Virus record (IMG/VR): IMGVR_UViG_3300017917_002068
Span: 1 to 64,000 of that record
Reading direction: 5' to 3' (one strand)
From: a virus
Length of the DNA stretch: 64,000 nt
Shown here: positions 35,543 through 46,233 of the stretch, in pieces
Layout: every line of letters starts with the position of its first letter
Numbering within the stretch: the stretch's first letter is position 1
Translations under genes and position numbers: made by a program
Notes under the pieces: model-generated
What the model saw: only the letters and a program-made list of their open reading frames with translations
The model's database searches: none
What the model was told of the DNA's origin: nothing

Positions 35543-36931
35543 ATGGCATTAAAACTAAGAAAAGGTACTGACGCAGAAAGATCATTGGTGACTTTCTCCG
35601 AAGGTGAATTAATTTATACAACTGACACTAAACAGATATTCGTAGGTGACGGTTCGACTGTTGGAGGCGTGTTTGTTGGTCCAGCGAGTTCTGAAGCATT
35701 TTCGTTAGGTGGAAATTTAACACTTAATGGCTACGATATCGTAGGAACCGGAAATATTAATATTAACGGAAATATAACAGCATCCGGAACTATTAATTTA
35801 GGTGATAATGCCAGCGACAATGTTGTATTCAATGCTGATGTAAATTCCGATATTATTCCTAATACTAATAACACATTTGACCTAGGTAGTTCTAGCGCAA
35901 GATGGGCTGAAGGTTGGATCAACACGATTACTGCTACATCAATCAACGCCGGGACCATATCCGGTAATTTAACAGGAAGTGTAGTAGGAGATATTAAAGG
36001 TAGCGTATTTGCCGATGACTCATCTATATTAGTAGATTCAACGAATGGTGTATTACGAGGAACTCATATTGGTAATGTTACTGGTAATGTTACTGGTAAT
36101 GTTTTAGCTACAGATAATTCAACTATGGTGAATGCTACTTTAAAGACATTCACTGGAAATCTCACTGGAAATGTCACTGGTGACTTAAACGGTACCGTTA
36201 CTGGAGCATTTTCTGGACAATTATTAAACGGTGCGGGAGAGGTATTCTTAGATACTACCAGCGGTATAGTTCCAACATTACCGGCCAACATCATCGGTGA
36301 TGTTGAGGGATCTGTGTATTCAGATGCTAGCACTATGTTAGTAGATGGAACTAACGGTAGGATTATGTTAGATGGTACTGTTGATACCAATATCATTCCT
36401 CAAAATACCAATGTACATTCTATTGGTTCAAATGCTTACAAATTTAATAATGCCTATTTAAATGGTACTTTAACCATCGGCGACAAAACAATCAGTTCTA
36501 GCGATGAAAGCTTATTATTTAGAGGGCTACTATCAACTCGCTCTCCTGTAACTGTAACATTAGATGGCGATATCGTTGGAACTAGCATTACTTCTTTCAA
36601 AGTCAATGACACTCTAGGAATCGAAAATGGTGCGGTATTTTATCTCCCAGGAACAGGATTATTAACTGTACAATCTACCAGCGGTGGAGATACCGTTAAT
36701 ACAACAACATCATTTACAGCATCTGATGCTGGAGATGGTGACGAAGTGATTTTTTATAACCCGGAGATCAGAGTAGCTTCTTATAGAAATAGTACTCCGT
36801 CTCAACAGGGCCAACCCGGAGATGTTAAAGGAATGGTCTATGCCGATACCAGTTATATCTATGTATGTTATGCTGATTACACCGACGGTCTTAATCCTAT
36901 CTGGTCAAGATCTGCTATAACATCATGGTAA
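35543..36931 (+). CDS. Tail fibre protein with an Mtd-N-like N-terminal domain
   Basis: LRKGT...EGELIYTTDTK..FVGDG; GNVT repeats. Confidence 0.75.
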   Translation: MALKLRKGTDAERSLVTFSEGELIYTTDTKQIFVGDGSTVGGVFVGPASSEAFSLGGNLTLNGYDIVGTGNININGNITASGTINLGDNASDNVVFNADVNSDIIPNTNNTFDLGSSSARWAEGWINTITATSINAGTISGNLTGSVVGDIKGSVFADDSSILVDSTNGVLRGTHIGNVTGNVTGNVLATDNSTMVNATLKTFTGNLTGNVTGDLNGTVTGAFSGQLLNGAGEVFLDTTSGIVPTLPANIIGDVEGSVYSDASTMLVDGTNGRIMLDGTVDTNIIPQNTNVHSIGSNAYKFNNAYLNGTLTIGDKTISSSDESLLFRGLLSTRSPVTVTLDGDIVGTSITSFKVNDTLGIENGAVFYLPGTGLLTVQSTSGGDTVNTTTSFTASDAGDGDEVIFYNPEIRVASYRNSTPSQQGQPGDVKGMVYADTSYIYVCYADYTDGLNPIWSRSAITSW

Positions 36932-36943
36932 TAGGAATTGACT

Positions 36944-39565
36944 ATGTCTATAAATTGGACCACTCCCCAGGGTAGTCTAGCAACCATCCAGGAACGAACA
37001 AGACAAGACATAGAACTTGTAGCAACTTCAACTTCCGGTACTGTTAATTTTAGCCTTCAAGCAGGCAATCTTCCAATCGGACTAAGACTTGAAGGTAATA
37101 GAATAAAAGGAACTGCATTAGAAGTTAGAAAAACTACAACTTCTAGATTTGTTATTAGAGCCGAAGATGCTGAAGAAAAGAAAGATCGAACCTTTTCGAT
37201 CACTGTAGAAGGCGCCGACGCTCCTATCTGGGTCACACAGGAAGGTCTATTACCAGTAGGTCCCAATTCAACGTTTTTTGTATTAGATAACGACAAAGTC
37301 GATTTTAGATTAGAAGCACTAGATCCAGACATTCCAGCAGGTGATGAATTAGAGTATTACATTCCATGGAATGGTGGAGAGCTACCACCAGGTCTTTCTC
37401 TTTCAAGCGACGGTAGAATTTCTGGTTTCACTGATCCTATATTTGCTATAGATTACGACATTTATAGCGGTAACTTTGACGAGCAGTTATTTGATTCTGC
37501 TCCTTACGATCTAGGCATAAGACCAACTAACGGTTATGATACATTCGGCTTCGACGAACAAAGCTTTGACTATTTTGATTCGAACGTTTTTCCGAGAAGA
37601 CAGACTAGATATTATCAATTTGTAGTAGTAGTATCTGATGGATTGAACGAAACTAGAAGAAGTTTTCAGATCTATGTTGTCAGCGAAGATTTTTTAAGAG
37701 CAGATAACACCATAATACAAGTAGGAACAGGTATCTTCCGAGCAGATAATACCTACATTAGAAATCCTATTTGGATCACTGAACCAGATCTTGGTATGCG
37801 TAGAGCTAACAACTACGTAACTGTATATCTAGAAGTTTATGATCCGCCCACATTACCTGGAACTATATCATATCGATTTGAAATCGTCAATCCGGAAATG
37901 ACAGCAACACTGCTAGAAAGAGCAGTCGATCAGCAAGATTATTTTGATGTAGAAATCAAACCAAATATCAAAGGCGAATATGCTGTTCCGAAAAGAAATC
38001 AGAAGGTCGCTATTGCCGAAGTATATAATTTTATCGACAGCACACTAGGTGCTTACACTATAAGAACTGTTCAAAATATATCAGCTAATAGATATAGGTT
38101 ATATATAGATCCCGATGTCACTGCTCGAGTCCGTAGCGGTGCTGAATTAATCATAGGAACACCTAGCGAATTACCTCCAGGATTAGAACTAGACACTATT
38201 ACCGGAGAACTTACTGGTAAGATTCCGTACCAACCTAGAATAACTAAAACTTATAATTTTACTGTAACTGCTACTGCATTCAATATTGATGCAGAAGCTA
38301 GAGCCTCTACTCCTAGAACATTTACAATTGATATTATCGGCGAAATAGAAAGTGGAGTCCAATGGATCAGTCCTCCGAGACTAGGTACTATAAGACCAAA
38401 TAAGGATAGTATGCTATTTGTCGAAGCAATTTCAAAACTTCGAGGCGGAGCGGTGTTATTTGAGTTAGAGTCTGGAAAACTACCTCCCGGATTAAAATTG
38501 TTACCTTCGGGAGAAATAATAGGAAAGGTCAATCAATTTGGTTCAGGTACCGTTGAAGGTCTTACTAGATTTTATGAATGTGACCCTAGAGATTCGGTAA
38601 CAAAAGAATGTTTAATTGATTCGAATAAAAATTACAACTATGTATATGATAGCGGTAAAACTACTTTCGATAAAAAATATACTTTTGTTGTCAAAGCTAA
38701 AGATATTTTTAACTATGCAGAAAGTTCTAAAACTTTCCAAATAGAAGTAGTTTCTGAAGCAGACAGTGTTTTTGCTAATCTATTTGTCAAAGCCTTCCAG
38801 AAAAAATCTAAAAGAAATACCTGGTATAATTTTATTTCAGATTCTGCAGTATTTGTTCCTGAAAAAATTTATAGATACGGAGATCCAGCATTTGGAGTGC
38901 AATCCGAAATTAAAATGCTATTGTACGCTGGTATCGAAAGTGTAGAAGCTATTAACTACATACAGGCCATGAGCCGAAACCACTACCGAAAAAAATTACG
39001 TTTCGGTAATGTAAAAAAAGCCGTGGCTAAAGATCCCATAACTCAGGAAATTATCTACGAAGTTGTGTATGTAGATATCATCGATAACTTACAAAAAAAC
39101 GGTGTAAGCATCTCCGAAACTGTCAATTTGCCAAATCGAATAAGCAGTCCTGTATTAGTAAGCGGAGATTCTATCACTGTAGATAGTGATATTCCTTTTA
39201 TCAGCGATCGAGATCATCAAAGAATATTTCCAAACAGTATTAAAAACATGAGAAACCGTTTAAAAAATATTGTTATAAATGAGGATGACTCTACATCAAG
39301 AAACATAGACAGAGATCGAACATATTTTCCTCTCTGGATGAGGAGCATACAGCCCAACAGTTTCGTTGAACCTGGATTTGTAAGTGCGTTACCTTTGTGT
39401 TATACTAAGCCAGGACAGGCAGATAGCATAATTTTAAATATTAAAAATAGTGGATTTGATTTTAAAATATTGGATTTTGAAATCGACAGATACCTAATCG
39501 ACGCCATTGACGGTGTTTTAGAGGATAAATATCTAGCATTTCCGCAACGTGGAGAAAAAGAATAA
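36944..39565 (+). CDS. Virion protein with putative Ig (He_PIG-like) repeats
   Basis: Four LP(P/I)GLxL...G.I.G repeats. Confidence 0.8.
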   Translation: MSINWTTPQGSLATIQERTRQDIELVATSTSGTVNFSLQAGNLPIGLRLEGNRIKGTALEVRKTTTSRFVIRAEDAEEKKDRTFSITVEGADAPIWVTQEGLLPVGPNSTFFVLDNDKVDFRLEALDPDIPAGDELEYYIPWNGGELPPGLSLSSDGRISGFTDPIFAIDYDIYSGNFDEQLFDSAPYDLGIRPTNGYDTFGFDEQSFDYFDSNVFPRRQTRYYQFVVVVSDGLNETRRSFQIYVVSEDFLRADNTIIQVGTGIFRADNTYIRNPIWITEPDLGMRRANNYVTVYLEVYDPPTLPGTISYRFEIVNPEMTATLLERAVDQQDYFDVEIKPNIKGEYAVPKRNQKVAIAEVYNFIDSTLGAYTIRTVQNISANRYRLYIDPDVTARVRSGAELIIGTPSELPPGLELDTITGELTGKIPYQPRITKTYNFTVTATAFNIDAEARASTPRTFTIDIIGEIESGVQWISPPRLGTIRPNKDSMLFVEAISKLRGGAVLFELESGKLPPGLKLLPSGEIIGKVNQFGSGTVEGLTRFYECDPRDSVTKECLIDSNKNYNYVYDSGKTTFDKKYTFVVKAKDIFNYAESSKTFQIEVVSEADSVFANLFVKAFQKKSKRNTWYNFISDSAVFVPEKIYRYGDPAFGVQSEIKMLLYAGIESVEAINYIQAMSRNHYRKKLRFGNVKKAVAKDPITQEIIYEVVYVDIIDNLQKNGVSISETVNLPNRISSPVLVSGDSITVDSDIPFISDRDHQRIFPNSIKNMRNRLKNIVINEDDSTSRNIDRDRTYFPLWMRSIQPNSFVEPGFVSALPLCYTKPGQADSIILNIKNSGFDFKILDFEIDRYLIDAIDGVLEDKYLAFPQRGEKE

Positions 39566-40164
39566 TGGCAAGTGAAATTATATTCAGCACAATAGACGAA
39601 GAATTTCCTGCAGCTGGGCAGGACAACGATACCCAAGGTTTTAGAGATAATTTCAGTATTATCAAAGCTGCTTTGGCTAAGGCTTCAATCGAGATCGGTA
39701 CGTTACAAAATAACACTGCCGGGCTCGAACTTAGCGAAATCGAAGGAGGTAGTGATTTCAATGAAAATCTTATTTCTAATGCAACGTTAAAAGGCAACAT
39801 AGAATCATTAGTGAGTCAAGGTTCTAGAACTGGATCTGTAGAACTTAATTTTGGTAACGGAAACTATCAAGTCGTTAAGGTCGAAGGAGGAAATATTGAT
39901 TTTAACGTGGTTGGTTTCCCTCAAGAAGGTGCTGCAAAGATTACTCTCGAATTATTCGGAGACGGAACTGCAAGAACTGTTACGTTCTCAACTACCGATG
40001 CAGGACTAGTTACATTCAAAAAAAGTAGCGGATTTCCCGGAACCTTACAAGTTACCAGCGCAGATAATCCTGTATTAATCGAAATTTATACAAGAAAGAA
40101 AAATGCAGATCCTGGTCTTTTGCCAAGGATTATATTTCTTAATTATCTAGGACAGTTTGCATAA
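39565..40164 (+). CDS. Putative virion structural protein
   Basis: FPAAGQDNDTQGFRDNF N-terminus; in the structural operon. Confidence 0.75.
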   Translation: MASEIIFSTIDEEFPAAGQDNDTQGFRDNFSIIKAALAKASIEIGTLQNNTAGLELSEIEGGSDFNENLISNATLKGNIESLVSQGSRTGSVELNFGNGNYQVVKVEGGNIDFNVVGFPQEGAAKITLELFGDGTARTVTFSTTDAGLVTFKKSSGFPGTLQVTSADNPVLIEIYTRKKNADPGLLPRIIFLNYLGQFA

Positions 40165-40409
40165 TGGATTTTCATCCGCTCGGCGGAGATATCGGCACTA
40201 TGAAAGATGCCGAAGTCGAAGCCAAATTACAAGAACTAACCAAAAAATACTTCCAGGCGCAACGTTTGGGCAATTATCAGCTATTGACACAGCTCTCAAC
40301 TTTTGTTAATATATACAGAACAGAGTTAAACTTGAGATATCAAAAAGCAGCAAAAGCATCTCAAGGTAACTATGACGGAGATCTGGATCAACTGATAAAT
40401 GTGGATTAA
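40164..40409 (+). CDS. Hypothetical protein
   Basis: Coupled ORF. Confidence 0.75.
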   Translation: MDFHPLGGDIGTMKDAEVEAKLQELTKKYFQAQRLGNYQLLTQLSTFVNIYRTELNLRYQKAAKASQGNYDGDLDQLINVD

Positions 40410-40887
40410 CACTGACAAAGACCTAATAAAAGGATTACTCAATCACGGACCTACAGTATTAGAAAATGCTGTAGTTTCTGAGATCAGTGATAACTTTTCA
40501 AATTATCTAGATAGGATAGTAGTAGAAAAATTAAACTATCCTAAACCAATCACTGTAGATAAAATTCCAATAACTAGAAGGTGGTTTATTCCTTCGGAAT
40601 ACAAAACCATGGACATACAGAAATATTTGGTAGATCTATGTCCAAAAGAAAACTACGATAGATTACATACAGAATTAAACCTATATCGCGAATACGATAT
40701 GCTAGATGTGCTTTGTGCTATGAAATATATCGTAGATACACTAAGATCTAATAACATCGTCTGGGGTGTCGGACGTGGATCTAGCGTGGCCAGTTATGCA
40801 CTCTATTTGATAGGGGTTCATAAGATAGACAGTGTTAAATACAATCTACCAATAGAGGAATTCTTCAAAGGAGAAACAAATGGGTAA
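40399..40887 (+). CDS. DnaE (Pol III alpha) palm-fragment-like protein
   Basis: RLxxEL, GVGRGSSVASYxLYLIGVHKID and YNLxxExF; ends before the PDxD motif. Confidence 0.75.
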   Translation: MWINTDKDLIKGLLNHGPTVLENAVVSEISDNFSNYLDRIVVEKLNYPKPITVDKIPITRRWFIPSEYKTMDIQKYLVDLCPKENYDRLHTELNLYREYDMLDVLCAMKYIVDTLRSNNIVWGVGRGSSVASYALYLIGVHKIDSVKYNLPIEEFFKGETNG

Positions 40888-41110
40888 AATTTATAAAACC
40901 ATGCAGGGCAAAGAAATTGACATGGAAAAACTAGCACTAAAGAACGAAATGGTGCAGGCTGTAGGAAACGCTAGAGTAAATGCTCGAGGCGACGAACTAG
41001 GTCCGGGCGGTCAAGTTATTAGGAAAAGAGAAGATATTCTATCAGAATATTATTCTAAGAATCCTAGAACAGTAAAAGAAGAGACACCAAAGAAAAAGAA
41101 AGGTCAATAA
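40880..41110 (+). CDS. Hypothetical protein
   Basis: AAGGAG RBS; AVGNxxVNARGD motif. Confidence 0.8.
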   Translation: MGKIYKTMQGKEIDMEKLALKNEMVQAVGNARVNARGDELGPGGQVIRKREDILSEYYSKNPRTVKEETPKKKKGQ

Positions 41111-41490
41111 TGGCAAAAGTTAAAGGAAATATCAAGCCTCTCCACAAACGAGTTGCGGTTACAGATATGGAGTTTGGTGAAAAAATTAGTTCTTCTGGTT
41201 TGATCATTCCTAGCACGGACGGAAAAAGCAGCGGAGTTCATCCTCGCTGGGGCAAAGTTTATGCCAAAGGAATCGAAAACACTGACGATTTTGATATCGG
41301 GCATTGGATTCTTGTTGAACACGGTCGATGGACTAGAGCTATCACTGTTGAACAAGACGACGGGTCTGAAATCAAAGTATGGGTTGTTGATGAGAACGGA
41401 ATTATCGGTTGGTCAGAAGATGAGCCAGAGGAGATGTTAGTCGGAGATTTAAGTGTCGGAGTTGCACCACCTGTTAATTTAGAAGGTTAA
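41110..41490 (+). CDS. GroES-like co-chaperonin
   Basis: IKPLHKRV, SSGLIIP and GKVYAKG. Confidence 0.75.
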   Translation: MAKVKGNIKPLHKRVAVTDMEFGEKISSSGLIIPSTDGKSSGVHPRWGKVYAKGIENTDDFDIGHWILVEHGRWTRAITVEQDDGSEIKVWVVDENGIIGWSEDEPEEMLVGDLSVGVAPPVNLEG

Positions 41491-41491
41491 A

Positions 41492-41863
41492 ATGAGTAAT
41501 CCATTTCGCGATCAAGAAAAGTTCATGCGAGCCTGTGACCAATCAGTCGAAGGCTTCAACCAAGAACAATTTAATTTGTATGTTAAACTCATCGATGAAG
41601 AGTTCAATGATGAACTAAAAGCTGCCATAAGTAATAACGACCCTGTAGAAACACTAGATGCACTCTTAGATATACTAGTTGTAACTATCGGTGCAATACA
41701 TAGTATGGGTGCAGACGGTGAAGGTGGCTGGAAAGAAGTCATGCGAACCAACTTTGCTAAGATTGACAAAGAAACAGGCAAGGTTCGCAAACGCGAAGAT
41801 GGTAAGGTTCTTAAACCTTTGGGTTGGACTCCTCCGGATCTCAAACCTTTTATTACCAAATAA
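41492..41863 (+). CDS. MazG-like/PRA-PH NTP pyrophosphohydrolase
   Basis: LIDEE..E, DALLD, VMRTNFAK and REDGKVLKP. Confidence 0.85.
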   Translation: MSNPFRDQEKFMRACDQSVEGFNQEQFNLYVKLIDEEFNDELKAAISNNDPVETLDALLDILVVTIGAIHSMGADGEGGWKEVMRTNFAKIDKETGKVRKREDGKVLKPLGWTPPDLKPFITK

Positions 41864-41867
41864 ACAC

Positions 41868-41903
41868 AAAGGGCTTGACTAGCCCTTTTTTAACCTGTAT
41901 AAT
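41868..41903 (+). promoter_or_regulatory. Fused terminator and sigma70 promoter
   Basis: Hairpin AAAGGGCT/AGCCCTTT with TTGACT spanning its loop; TATAAT 17 nt later. Confidence 0.7.
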
Positions 41904-41909
41904 TTTTAA

Positions 41910-42359
41910 ATGAAAATCGGTTTCACATGTTCAACGTTTGATCTGTTTCATGCAGGTCATATCATGATGCTCAAAGAAGCAAAAAGCCAATGCGATTACC
42001 TTATAGTAGGTTTGCAGACAGATCCTACTATTGATCGACCTAAAGAAAAAAATAAACCTGTACAAAGTGTATTTGAACGATTCGTGCAGCTACAGGCCTG
42101 CAGGTATGTCGATGAAGTTGTCGTATATGCTACAGAAAAAGAACTAGTAGATATATTGCTTTCCTATCCTATCAATGTTAGAATATTAGGCAATGAATAT
42201 GAACATAAAAGTTTTACCGGAAGAGCCGAGTGCGTTTCTCGTGGAATAGAGTTTTATTTCAATAATAGATCGCATAGTTTTTCCACTACAGAATTACGGC
42301 AGCGTGTTATAGATGCCGAAGCAGACAAATTTTTAAAAAAGGTAGATAATAATGAATGA
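41910..42359 (+). CDS. Cytidylyltransferase (TagD-like)
   Basis: STFDLFHAGH and FSTT motifs. Confidence 0.88.
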   Translation: MKIGFTCSTFDLFHAGHIMMLKEAKSQCDYLIVGLQTDPTIDRPKEKNKPVQSVFERFVQLQACRYVDEVVVYATEKELVDILLSYPINVRILGNEYEHKSFTGRAECVSRGIEFYFNNRSHSFSTTELRQRVIDAEADKFLKKVDNNE

Positions 42360-42615
42360 ATATGAAAAAAATATAGAAATAATGAAAGATTTAAAAAATC
42401 GTTTAGATGCTGTGATTAACAAAGAAGAGTCAAAAGAACCAGCAGCCGATGTTAATTATAAACATCCCGATCCCATCAAACACAAATATATTAGTTTTGC
42501 CAAAAGTGGTTTTAGGATTTTAGCAGGTATTGCACTATGCTATAGTATGTTTTGGCATGCTGGCGGTCTTTTAATTCTAGCAGAAGTTTTAGGAATTGCT
42601 GAGGAAATGGTATGA
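42352..42615 (+). CDS. Small membrane protein
   Basis: C-terminal hydrophobic segments. Confidence 0.7.
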   Translation: MNEYEKNIEIMKDLKNRLDAVINKEESKEPAADVNYKHPDPIKHKYISFAKSGFRILAGIALCYSMFWHAGGLLILAEVLGIAEEMV

Positions 42616-43535
42616 AGGAATTATGGGTTGAAAAGTATCGCCCTAGTAAAGTCGATGGATATGTCTGGCGAGATGAGAATCAAAGAAAACAAGTAGAATC
42701 TTGGATCAAAGACAAAAGCATTCCGCATCTATTACTGAGCGGTAGTCCAGGTATAGGTAAAACAACCATGGCTAAGATGCTGATCCACGAAATCGGAATC
42801 GAAGATTATGATGTTTTAGAAATCAACGCATCGAGACAACGAGGTATCGACGAAGTTAGAGATAAAATTACTCAGTTTATCTCTATGATACCATTTGGTC
42901 CGTTCAAAGTTGTACTCTTAGACGAGGCTGATTATCTAACTCACGAGGCCCAGGCTGCTATGCGTGGTGTTATGGAGGAATATGCTAGTACCAGCAGATT
43001 CATATTAACCTGCAATCATCCTAATAAGATAATTCCAGCCATCCATAGTCGCTGCCAACAATTTCACTTTGAAAAGATCGATCAAACAGAATTTACCGCT
43101 AGGGTAGCAACTATCTTAGTCGAAGAAAGTATTGAATTTGATCTTGATGTTCTAGATCGATTTGTTTCTACGACATATCCAGATCTTAGAAAATGTATCA
43201 ACCTTGTACAACAAAATGTCACAGATGGGAAATTGTTATCTCCTAATCAGAATGATGCAGGTATGTCTGACTGGAAATTTAACATGGTGGATCTTTTCAA
43301 AGCAGGAAAAATCAACGAAGCACGTAAAATGTTATGCGGCAAACTCCGTGCTGAAGAGATGGAAGGTGTTTATCGATGGCTGTATGATAACATTTCATTG
43401 TTTGGAGATGAAAAAACTCAAGACTCAGTTATCATGGCCATTAAACAGGGGCTAGTAGATAATACTCTAGTAGTCGATCCAGAAATCAATCTTTCTGCTA
43501 CATTAATTAAAATTGCTAGGCTTGTGGAAAAATGA
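42612..43535 (+). CDS. Clamp loader subunit (RFC/gp44-like)
   Basis: [26 protein letters not shown] and SRC. Confidence 0.93.
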   Translation: MKELWVEKYRPSKVDGYVWRDENQRKQVESWIKDKSIPHLLLSGSPGIGKTTMAKMLIHEIGIEDYDVLEINASRQRGIDEVRDKITQFISMIPFGPFKVVLLDEADYLTHEAQAAMRGVMEEYASTSRFILTCNHPNKIIPAIHSRCQQFHFEKIDQTEFTARVATILVEESIEFDLDVLDRFVSTTYPDLRKCINLVQQNVTDGKLLSPNQNDAGMSDWKFNMVDLFKAGKINEARKMLCGKLRAEEMEGVYRWLYDNISLFGDEKTQDSVIMAIKQGLVDNTLVVDPEINLSATLIKIARLVEK

Positions 43536-43855
43536 CCTATCTAGTTACAGAAAACTGTATCAAATGCAAACACACAGACTGCGTTACAGTGTGTCCTGTA
43601 GATTGTTTTTACGAAGGCCCTAATTTCTTAGCGATCAATCCAGACGAATGCATCGACTGCGGTGTGTGCGTTCCCGAATGTCCTATCGATGCGATTGTTG
43701 CCGATAACAATCGAGACATTGATGTTATTTTTTGGACTGACTTAAATCGTAGGTTGAGTAATAAATGGCCCAACATCACTAAAAAGAAAGATCCGTTACC
43801 AAATCACAAAGATTGGGATGGAAAAGAAGACAAATTAAAATTGCTAGAGGAATAA
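43532..43855 (+). CDS. fdxA: 7Fe ferredoxin (FdxA-like)
   Basis: [18 protein letters not shown] and [12 protein letters not shown]. Confidence 0.92.
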   Translation: MTYLVTENCIKCKHTDCVTVCPVDCFYEGPNFLAINPDECIDCGVCVPECPIDAIVADNNRDIDVIFWTDLNRRLSNKWPNITKKKDPLPNHKDWDGKEDKLKLLEE

Positions 43856-44098
43856 ATGGAAGGTAGATATATGATCGTCAGCTATCTCCAAAAACCTAAC
43901 GGTAAATGGGATGAGCTAACCGAATTTAAGAAGCACTATAGAATGAAACACATTCAAAGTGCTAAGGTAATCTTAGACCTTAAAGAAAAAAAAGTTATTA
44001 AAAACGGATTGAACCCCAGCGCATCCTATGAAGATATGCTGGAGTTCTACAAACGTGTATTAGGTCCTAAACTAGATCCTCACCTCCCATCTGAATAA
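43856..44098 (+). CDS. Hypothetical protein
   Basis: Adjacent ORF. Confidence 0.7.
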   Translation: MEGRYMIVSYLQKPNGKWDELTEFKKHYRMKHIQSAKVILDLKEKKVIKNGLNPSASYEDMLEFYKRVLGPKLDPHLPSE

Positions 44099-44823
44099 TC
44101 TTTGTAAATTTTAAGAATTTCTTTTACAGCATCGTGACGCTCAACGTCCTTTGCTGTAAAGTGACAGACATCGACATGTACATGATTCTTAAATTCATCA
44201 AACAAGCCTAAAAATTCTAAAAGACCGTTCGATGTCGGTCTATCAGCTTGTTGAAGATCCCCAGTCACTACCATTCTTGAATCGTCTCCTATTCTAGTTA
44301 ATAGCATCTTCATCTGACTTGGTGTTGCGTTCTGCATTTCATCAGCAATTATAAAACTGTTTTTAAAGGTCCTTCCTCGCATGTAGGCCAACGGACTAAT
44401 TTCAATCACCCCCTCTTTAATCATTTCTTCGATTTCGTTGGCATAGTAGTACTCTTCAAAAACGTCAAAAATCGGCCTAGTCCAGGGTTCCATCTTCTGC
44501 TGAAGCGTTCCTGGTAGAAATCCGTGTTGTTCATCTACGCTTACAGCGGGACGAGTAACCACAATCTTATCAACTTCCCCTTCTTGGAACAGTTTAACTG
44601 CCCATTGACAGGCTAGCATAGTTTTGCCCGTGCCCGCAGGCCCTATAGCAAATACTATGTTTTTCTGTTCATCTTGGAGTTTTAAGAGATAGTTCTCTTG
44701 ATTGAGGTTCTTAGGATATACTAGAACTCGATTTTTCTTTTTTGGAAGGAATTTATTTAGTTGTACTACGTTATCATATGGCTTAGTTGCCAGGTTTTTT
44801 GCTGATTTTCTTTGTTTCCTCAA
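44080..44823 (-). CDS. phoH: PhoH family ATPase (likely TTG start at 44823)
   Basis: GPAGTGKT, GFLPG, YMRGRTF, DEMQN and GDLQQ; RBS AGGAGG 7 nt before the TTG. Confidence 0.92.
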   Translation of the reverse strand: MRKQRKSAKNLATKPYDNVVQLNKFLPKKKNRVLVYPKNLNQENYLLKLQDEQKNIVFAIGPAGTGKTMLACQWAVKLFQEGEVDKIVVTRPAVSVDEQHGFLPGTLQQKMEPWTRPIFDVFEEYYYANEIEEMIKEGVIEISPLAYMRGRTFKNSFIIADEMQNATPSQMKMLLTRIGDDSRMVVTGDLQQADRPTSNGLLEFLGLFDEFKNHVHVDVCHFTAKDVERHDAVKEILKIYKDYSDGR

Positions 44824-44969
44824 AGGATAGCCTCCTAATAAAGTGAGCGGCACGGACCTTCGAACCCGTAGTGTCCGCACCGGACACAAAGTTATTTAAC
44901 AGCTTCCGTCCAAAATAATAACTTACTATATCGATTATAACGAAATAAATAAGTGTAGGGAAAATCAAC

Positions 44970-45491
44970 ATGCGCGATATCAAAGATATATTACATAACA
45001 TTGAAAACATATACGGTTCTAACAACGCTCTTAATACGCTAAAAGACTTTGAGCGTGTTTTAGACGAATTAGACGTATATGTGTATGACAACTGGATCGA
45101 CGGAGAGCTAGTTGAAGGCCCTGTTGAAAGCAGATACTGGGTAACCTGCACTTTTATGTGGTCCTACGAAAACATGCCGGATCCTGCAGGTGGGCAGCGT
45201 TTGTTAGATTACGGCTGCAAGGTAGCTTTTTACAAAGATAAAGTATCAACAGTAAGAAAAATTAAAACACCCGACGATATTCGTCCAGGTACAAGAAAAG
45301 GCAAGATCGATCTTAAAAATGTGTGGATGGTAGAGATCAAGATTCCTAAAAAACTAATGTTTGATATTAATAAGGGTTACAAAGATCTATCTAAAAATAA
45401 GATTTCCCAAGACGAGATAAAAATCGCTGATACTGAAATGATGGCAGAACCTGCAGATCAGCAACTAACACAAAACATGGCAGGACAATAA
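44970..45491 (+). CDS. Hypothetical protein
   Basis: ATAAATA upstream; 173 aa. Confidence 0.85.
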   Translation: MRDIKDILHNIENIYGSNNALNTLKDFERVLDELDVYVYDNWIDGELVEGPVESRYWVTCTFMWSYENMPDPAGGQRLLDYGCKVAFYKDKVSTVRKIKTPDDIRPGTRKGKIDLKNVWMVEIKIPKKLMFDINKGYKDLSKNKISQDEIKIADTEMMAEPADQQLTQNMAGQ

Positions 45492-46231
45492 TGACAGAAA
45501 GAATACTAAGAGAAGGTCTCAGACCTAACGATCTAGAAGATATGGTTTATAATGTCTTTGAAGTCGATGCATTCCAATCAAAGATGGGAGATGATCGAGA
45601 CGTTTGTGTGTTGAGCTTTCGTGTTAAAGATAGATCTCCTGCTAGAGATATGATGGAATTTATCGAGAAAGGCTATAGTTATGTATTAGATGCCGATGTA
45701 AGCGCAGGTGAAGATCGTCACGGAAATTATCATGTTTTTGTAGAATTACCGAGAGGACAGCGATTACCCGAGTATATCCAAGAAATTACTAGCGGAGTGA
45801 AAAGACTAACCGGTATTGAAGAATGGAAATTTCGTCACTACAAAAGTTTCAAGAGCCACGACTTGTCTGAAGAAAGTTTGTCTATAATTCCTCAGACTCC
45901 TGCAGACTATGATATGATGCTAGAAAATATCAGAGTCGAAAGCATACAGAAATTTTTCTCTAAAACATATAAAGAAGAACTTATCGTCGAAGGTAACAAA
46001 GTTATTCTTAAGAAACCATTCGGAATACAGTTCAGTTTTAACATACAAGATTTCGGAAAGATTGATGAAATTCAAAAAAACATTACCGAAACAATGAAAC
46101 TAGATACAAAGAGCATGGCTGAAGTTATGTGGCTCACTAAAGTGTTAGGTGACTTCAACATAAACAAGTATGGTGATACATTCGTTCTCGAGGACGGAAA
46201 GAAAACCATGATCATTAAAATGGAGAATTAA
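45491..46231 (+). CDS. Hypothetical protein
   Basis: Coupled ORF, 246 aa. Confidence 0.85.
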   Translation: MTERILREGLRPNDLEDMVYNVFEVDAFQSKMGDDRDVCVLSFRVKDRSPARDMMEFIEKGYSYVLDADVSAGEDRHGNYHVFVELPRGQRLPEYIQEITSGVKRLTGIEEWKFRHYKSFKSHDLSEESLSIIPQTPADYDMMLENIRVESIQKFFSKTYKEELIVEGNKVILKKPFGIQFSFNIQDFGKIDEIQKNITETMKLDTKSMAEVMWLTKVLGDFNINKYGDTFVLEDGKKTMIIKMEN

Positions 46232-46233
46232 TA

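Noticed and set aside
36070-36200. Short GGTAATGTTACT repeats
   Set aside because: They encode ordinary GNVT fibre repeats, not a separate DNA element.
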